A stretch of 64,000 nucleotides of DNA from the human T2T-CHM13v2.0 reference genome, Homo sapiens, in assembly GCF_009914755.1 (NCBI RefSeq), contig NC_060930.1. One strand, given 5' to 3'. Below the pieces are notes generated by a model. That model did not search any database, was not told the DNA's origin, and saw only the letters and a list, made by a program, of their open reading frames with translations. This document shows, piece after piece, positions 58,005 to 64,000 of the stretch. The position numbers and the translations under genes are program-made. How positions within the stretch are numbered: position 1 is the first letter of the stretch; each line of letters starts with the position of its first letter.

Positions 58005-58074
58005 CTTGTTGAAAATCTAAACCATCAATAGAACAGCAAAGCATATTTTAATGAAGTTAAAACCTGTTGCAACC
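58005..58074 (-). pseudogene. Exon remnant: VATGFNFIKICFAVLLMV*IFNK
   Basis: Acceptor ttattttcaatcttctacttgcttag, donor CAAG|gtaata, 70 nt; phase matches both neighbours. Confidence 0.55.
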
Positions 58075-58514
58075 CTAAGCAAGTAGAAGATTGAAAATAA
58101 GACTTTAATCTGTACACCAGGCAATTCTCTAAACCTGTCACTAAATTTTTTGAATCCACCTATCCAAAAGGTCAGCAAAAGTAAAGGCTTCATTGCACAA
58201 GTTGATACCAGTACTGTGCCCTTTGCCAAGAATGCTTGGGAAAATAAAGGATTCCATTGTTTCAACAGATTGACCTGGCAACTTAGTCCAGAAATGTTTT
58301 CTTTAGACTCATTTAGCAGAAGAGATGAATAAAGTCAAACAACTGTTTTACGGTAGAAGCACTTCAAAGTAGTGCTTGAGAGCTCTGAAGTTTGAATGAT
58401 CTAGCTTTGAATCTTGACTCCACCAGCTGTGAGCTCTTAGTAAGTCCATTTAACTTCTTATGACTCAATTTTTCCATTTGTAAGTTGGGCATGAGGGCAC
58501 TCAAACATGGCATA

Positions 58515-58975
58515 CTGCTGGCTGTCTCTTAATACTCATTCTTCTCATCTTTCAAAGCAACAGAATCTTAGTTCTTAGCAGGACACACAGGTGAGTGGAA
58601 AAAAATCTCTTTTACAACTAGGTGTGGCCATCTGAGTTTTGGGATATATGTGGCAATGGCATGTGCTACTTCTGGGAAGTATTCTTAAAGAAAGGGGTAG
58701 GACTTCCTCTTCCTTCTTCCTACAGCTAGAATATGGACATGAAGGCAGAAGCTCCAACAGTTTCCTCTGTGGATGAGGTGACCTTGGAATTGGAAGCTAT
58801 ATGTGCCAGAGGTATTAGACAGAAAGAGATTGAGTCTCTGCCACCGTATCATATCAACCCCAAACTGACTCTTCTGGATTTCTTGAATAGGCAAGAGAAA
58901 TAAACCATTGACCGAAGCCATTGTTTTGGGATATTTATTTCTCTGTCTGCCAAACCTAATTCTAATTAATAATAC
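58515..58975. mobile_element. Old MLT1 (J/I-like) LTR
   Basis: ctaggtgtggccatctgag...gagaaataaaccattg...ccaaacctaattctaattaataa. Confidence 0.75.
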
Positions 58976-59136
58976 TACCACAAAGAAAGGTTTTAAGAAT
59001 TAAATGAGATTATGTGCTAGCTACATAGTAAGTGTGCAATACATCATGCTTATTATTACTATTATATTATTATTAAACAAGGATAATATTATGGTCTAAC
59101 TATTCAGAAAAATAAAATATATCTGGAAAGTCTTAC

Positions 59137-59340
59137 CTTTCAGACCAGTGGCATTAAAGAACTATAAGGGTGCCTATCAAAGAATAGAGTTTCTCCTGAG
59201 AAGCAATTTTTGATGTATTAGAATAAATTACCTGCAATAAAGAAAAGAGGTCAAACAGACCTGGAATAGCTCCTAATCCCCATGGTAACCACATATTTTC
59301 TTACACCAAGTGTTGCCTAATGTTCTTAGTCTGAAGGACT
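59137..59340 (-). pseudogene. Two exon remnants (59305-59340 SPSD*EH*ATLG; 59137-59231 VIYSNTSKIASQEKLYSLIGTLIVL*CHWSE) with a 73-nt intron
   Basis: ttcag|...|gtaaga, then cctcttttctttattgcag|...GAAAG|gtaaga. All four sites are canonical. Confidence 0.55.
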
Positions 59341-60650
59341 CTGAATTTTAAAAAGAAATTTAAAATGGAAAATAAAGGTATGCACACATGATGCCCCGTA
59401 AAGTGAAACCATTTGAATGGTGAAAGATCTCCTGATGATAACCTCAATTAACAACAATAGCACTATGAACAAAAGAAACAATTTTGTAAAGGGAAATACA
59501 CTCTAAAAACTCAAAACAAGGACCTTCACTATCTATCAACACACACACACATGCACACACACAATCACATACACACACATATATATGACTTTTATATCAG
59601 AAATTGTCAATAATGATCTATAATTCCACAATATGTATCACAGACACTGATGGAGAATTAAAAATTAAGGAGCAGCCTTCCTCTGCTTCCAAACACAGAC
59701 TATGTCCAAAATCATGTCAAAAATGTCTCTACTAGCGCAACCCAATAGTTTTTAAAAGAATCCATGGACACATAAAATCTCAGTAGGGCCAAGCTTGGTG
59801 GCTCACGCCTGTAATCCCAACACTTTGGGAGTCCAGGCAAGTGGATCACCTGAGGTCAGGAGTTCAAGACGAGCCTGGCCAGCATGGTGAAACCCCATCT
59901 CTACTAAAAATACAAAATTAGCCAGGTGTGGTGGCAGGCGCCTGTAATCCCAGCTACTCAGGAAGCTAAGGCAAGAGAATTGCTTAAACCCGGGAGGCGG
60001 AGGTTGCTGTGAGCCCAGATAGTACCATATCGCACTCCAGCCTGGGCAACACAGTGAGACTCCGTCTCCAAAAAAAAAAAAAAAAAAAATCTCAGTAGGT
60101 TTCTAGACTATCCCTTTACTATGGAAAATATTTGTGCCACCTTTTCCATAACTTTATTGCTGCCAGAGCACATCTTAGATTGCTATTTTGCTTTCCCTAA
60201 TAAGCATAACATCAATTCTCTTGCTTGTATTTACTTTTCTTGTTACTTGTACCTAAACTAACAGCTTAGGTATCTTGAGGTCCTGGCAGAAAAGGCAAGA
60301 ATAAATTTTATAATTGATTAACTAAAAAATTATCATTTTGGACATCCCCAGGGCAAACAAAGGAGTAGCAATGGAATCCAACAGAGGTAAAGGATAACAA
60401 CCATAGTCCACCTAATCAGAATTCCTTCTTTGAGGTTGAGACTGAAAAAGAGGGTGGGGGCAATGTAGGTATCAGTCAGTATTTTACAGAAAAAGAAATG
60501 TAATGCTCAGTGATGTTAAATAGGTTGTCCAAGGTCACACAGCCCAACCAGGATTTAACTCTAGGTCTCTTTACAGCTAAGGTTCTTTCTAGCAAGCCAT
60601 TCAGCCTTCACAGTGTACTAACAACAGAGAGGACAAAAGCAGAATTTTGC

Positions 60651-60702
60651 CTTTAATACTTGCAATAATAATGCAATAATCATAAATGTACCTGGGAAGT
60701 TG
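60651..60702 (-). pseudogene. Exon remnant: NFPGTFMIIALLLQVLK
   Basis: Strong acceptor gttattttctatcttttcag; donor AAG|gcaaaa (GC or decayed GT); phase 0 out matches the next exon. Confidence 0.45.
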
Positions 60703-61115
60703 CTGAAAAGATAGAAAATAACTCAGTATTGAAAAATGCACATTAGGAGATTTATATTCAAAGAAAAGGTAACTCTTGAAGACTGTTTTGGAAGTCAGTA
60801 TCTTTCAGATTTTAGAAAAAAAAGCAGGATACATATGCCATATATTATACTTTCAGCAGGATCTGGGTAGCACCCTCTTAACCATATTAATATCACTGTA
60901 GTAAAGCATGTGCATATTCACACTAAGTGAGATAAATAAAGACTACAGGCCGGGCACAGTGGCTCACGCCTGTAATCCCAACACTTTGAGAGGCCAAGGC
61001 GGGCAGATCGCCTGAAGTTCAAGACCAGCCTGGCCAACATGGTGAAACCCCATCTCTACTAAAATACAAAAATTAGCTGGGCATGATGGTGGGTGCCTGT
61101 AATCCCAGCTACTCA

Positions 61116-61220
<105 letters not shown>

Positions 61221-62021
61221 TCAAAAAAAAAAAGACTACAAAGGTGCATATCAGTTCAGTACAGTTTCAGTGCTAAATGAGTTCAGGTCAAGTCAGGTCA
61301 GGTTTTGAATTTTGAAAACACTTCCTCTTTTCATAGCTTTTTGGATTTCATAATTTCAGGTAAGGGATGTGAAACTGTACTATGTCCTGTCTTACCAGGT
61401 GAGGGAAATACTAATGATAAACTGACTGATTGATTTACCAGAACTGACTTTCCACTAATAAGGGTAAAGACACCACATATGCCAAGTTTGTTCCATATAC
61501 TTGGCACAAGCTTATTTCCTGTTTTGTGACTCAATTACAGCCCATTATGTGACTCAATTGAATTAAAAAGTAGGACATGAAAATGAAATACAGGTCAGTC
61601 TACTAAAATCCAGAAAAGGTATTAAGCAATTCATGTGTGACAGTTCTAATTCAATGTTAAAACTATAGTTAACTTCCTACTATTACACTTGACTTGCAAA
61701 TAAACCAATAAGAAAATTAGAAAGCAATATAGAATTTTAGCTCCTGAAATTCAATCATCAATTTATCAATAAAAACCATTCTGTTCAGATTAAAGACATT
61801 TGCTACCACCATACTTTATTTTGACAAATGGACTTGAAATAGACATTCAACACATTAAAATTCAGTAGATAATAATTTTTACCCTGTAACTGTATAAACC
61901 TGTAGACTGATTTAATGTATCATCTACCTATAATTTTTCGAGGAGCCTCAATGCCTGAATCCAACATATTTTAAAACTACACATAAATTTGCGAGAACAT
62001 AATTATCAAACAAAAACTAAC

Positions 62022-62201
62022 CACTGGATCTCTTGCATATTACACACTGCTGTTGCATTGATACTTTTCTCTCCTCTGTATGCATCCTTTTTTTAACTTC
62101 AGTCTTCATTGATTCTACAATTGGGAATATTTTCCCATTAGACATTTATGTGATTCTTATCTTTAAATGTTGTGATATATTGTCCTTGGCCTTCAGGAGA
62201 T
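62022..62201 (-). pseudogene. Exon remnant: [56 protein letters not shown]
   Basis: Acceptor ...gttaattgatag, donor gttagt, 180 nt. Resembles the recalled vitellogenin segment AGAQGVCRTHY...ANHITVTKSKDLSHC. Confidence 0.5.
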
Positions 62202-62548
62202 CTATCAATTAACATTGCTAATGAATAGGAAAAATAGTAAAACACTAAAAATGAAAATAGACTGGGTGTGGTGGCTCATGCCTGTAATCCCAGCACTTTG
62301 GGAGACTGAGGCGGGCGGATCACTTGAGGCCAGGAGTTCAAGACCAGCCTGGCCAATGTGGCAAAACCCCATCTGTATCAAAAATACAAAAATTAGCCAG
62401 GTGTGATGGCACATGCCTGTAATCCCAGCTACTCGGGAGGCTGAGGTAGGAGAATCACTTGAACCAGGGAGGCAGACAGAGGTTGCAGTGAGCCAAGATC
62501 ATGCCACTTCACTCCAGCCTGGGTGACAGAGTGAGACTCTGTCTCAAA

Positions 62549-62579
<31 letters not shown>

Positions 62580-62782
62580 AATGAAAATAGATATCTGAAA
62601 AAAAAGACTTTGGCACAATTGTTCACCTTATAAATCTGTGGTTTGTGTTTATTATTTCCTTGTCAATATGATTAGTGTCAGAGTTACTGTTCTTTTTAAT
62701 TTTTTGCCTTGTAAACAGGTGGTAAAGAGATCATTTATTAGACCATGTGCTATAGGTAGTGCACTACATGAACAATCAGTTT

Positions 62783-63150
62783 ATATACACCATGGAATAC
62801 TATGCAGCCATAAAAAAGAATGAGTTCATGTCCTTTGCAGGGACATGGATGAAGCTAGAAACCATCATCCTCAGCAAACTAACACAGGAACAGGAAACCA
62901 AACACCGCATGGTCTCACTCATAAGTGGGAGTTGAACAATGAGAACACATGGACACAGGGAGGTGAACATCATATACTGGGGCCTGTCACGGGGTGGGGG
63001 AAAAGGGGAGGGAGAGCATGCGGGGCTTAAAACCTAGATGAGGGGTTGATAGGTGCAACAAACCACCATGGTACATGTATACCTATGTAACAAACCTGAG
63101 CATTCAGCACATGTAGCCCAAAACTTAAAGTAAAATAAAAGAAAAAAAAA
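62783..63150 (+). mobile_element. L1PA 3' end
   Basis: atacaccatggaatactatgcagccataaaaaagaatgagttcatgtcctttgcagggacatggatgaagct...aacttaaagtaaaataaaa. Confidence 0.95.
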
Positions 63151-63177
63151 TAAAACTGAGCAAGAAAAGAAAAAAAC

Positions 63178-63372
63178 GGCAAATAATTTTTTAGTGTTGC
63201 ACAGAAAATAATATCTGGCTTGTCGTATTCTAGCATAAAGTGAGTCAACATCATTGTTTAAAAGTCAGACAGATTTCAATTCAGCATTTTTCTCCCCAAT
63301 CTAATTATTTCAGAAGCTCAGGTAGGATCAGAAAGAGGCAGTATCCTTCCATGTAGGAACACACCAAAGGAG
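63178..63372 (-). pseudogene. Exon remnant: SFGVFLHGRILPLSDPT*ASEIIRLGRKMLN* (LLTP N-sheet-like); 3' end uncertain
   Basis: Acceptor tgtattttctgtttttatgtaattag; donor uncertain, next to the L1 tail. FLHGRI and LGRKMLN resemble recalled MTTP LIHGKV and vitellogenin LHRGILN. Confidence 0.4.
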
Positions 63373-63779
63373 CTAATTACATAAAAACAGAAAATACATA
63401 AACAACACATGTAAAGAGGGTAAATGACAGATGGCTAAATGCCATAACTAAGTTTTATTATACTACCATTAACCACCAAAATTATGCATTTCCTAAAGTA
63501 GCATAGTTTGGAAACAAATAGCATATATTTTAGAAACTGTCCCCTTGAACTGTATAAATTGCAAAATAAACAGATATATTACCCTTTCTCTGCCTCCCCT
63601 ACAGTAACTCATTAACAGATAGACTTAAGCTCCTGCACTTTCTGACCCTCCCAGGACTTGAGTTGCCTTGTCTGGTATCCTTATGCAGAATGAACTGAAA
63701 TAATCATCAATCTGAAAAGCTACTCTTAAACAGGTAATTCTAACTTAATCTACTTGTATATTTTATGGAACACCTAGGG

Positions 63780-63955
63780 ACAGACTGTTAGAACAATGGG
63801 AATCTTATAAAAATATATTAATCTAATTCTCTTATTTTACAAATGGAATAATTCATAGAGAGTTCTGATCTGTTCAAGGGCACACACTCATTTAGTGGCA
63901 GAGCCCAGACTAGAACCCAAGTAATCTGTCTCCCTCTCCAGTGCTTTTTCCCACA
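63780..63955. mobile_element. MIR
   Basis: cttattttacaaatggaat...caagggcacac...agtggcagagcccagactagaaccca. Confidence 0.8.
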
Positions 63956-64000
63956 GGCTTTGCCAGATACTGTTTCATGTCTTGGATTACATTGGTAGAA

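Noticed and set aside
63583-63694. Further candidate minus-strand exons (63583-63694, 61883-61927, ~36400-36519, ~32110-32340, ~30904-30998, ~18124-18204)
   Set aside because: Splice sites are weak or decayed, or the frame could not be fixed, so they were not listed as features; worth re-testing once an orthologue is found.

Overview
This is primate (human-like) nuclear DNA. It is AT-rich, CpG-depleted and very dense in Alu elements (roughly 70 Alu/FLAM/FRAM copies), with L1, L2, MIR, MaLR/ERVL LTR and DNA-transposon remnants. There is no intact protein-coding gene, RNA gene, CRISPR array or CpG island, and nearly all listed ORFs are Alu artefacts. The one easily recognised gene-derived element is a processed EEF1B2 pseudogene (21988-23887, +) with target-site duplications (TSDs), split by an L1 3' fragment that itself carries an Alu. 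The main observation is that the unique sequence between the repeats holds about 30 minus-strand exon-like segments spread across the whole window (about 63.4 kb to 0.8 kb). They have polypyrimidine-AG acceptors and GT donors, and cluster around short 70-145 nt introns. Thirteen consecutive segments splice in one consistent frame (about 365 codons, 15 stops). A second three-exon cluster gives 97 stop-free codons across two introns. The N-terminal reconstruction resembles, in the correct order, motifs of the large lipid transfer protein (vitellogenin/MTTP/ApoB, Vitellogenin_N/LPD_N) module as I recall them. I interpret this as a long-dead unprocessed (possibly unitary) pseudogene of an LLTP-like gene. 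That identity was assigned by eye and needs an HMM/TBLASTN test. Also noted: an ancient ~390 bp duplication 30 kb apart, a templated hairpin-deleted copy of an LTR fragment, nested elements and tightly spaced inverted Alus.
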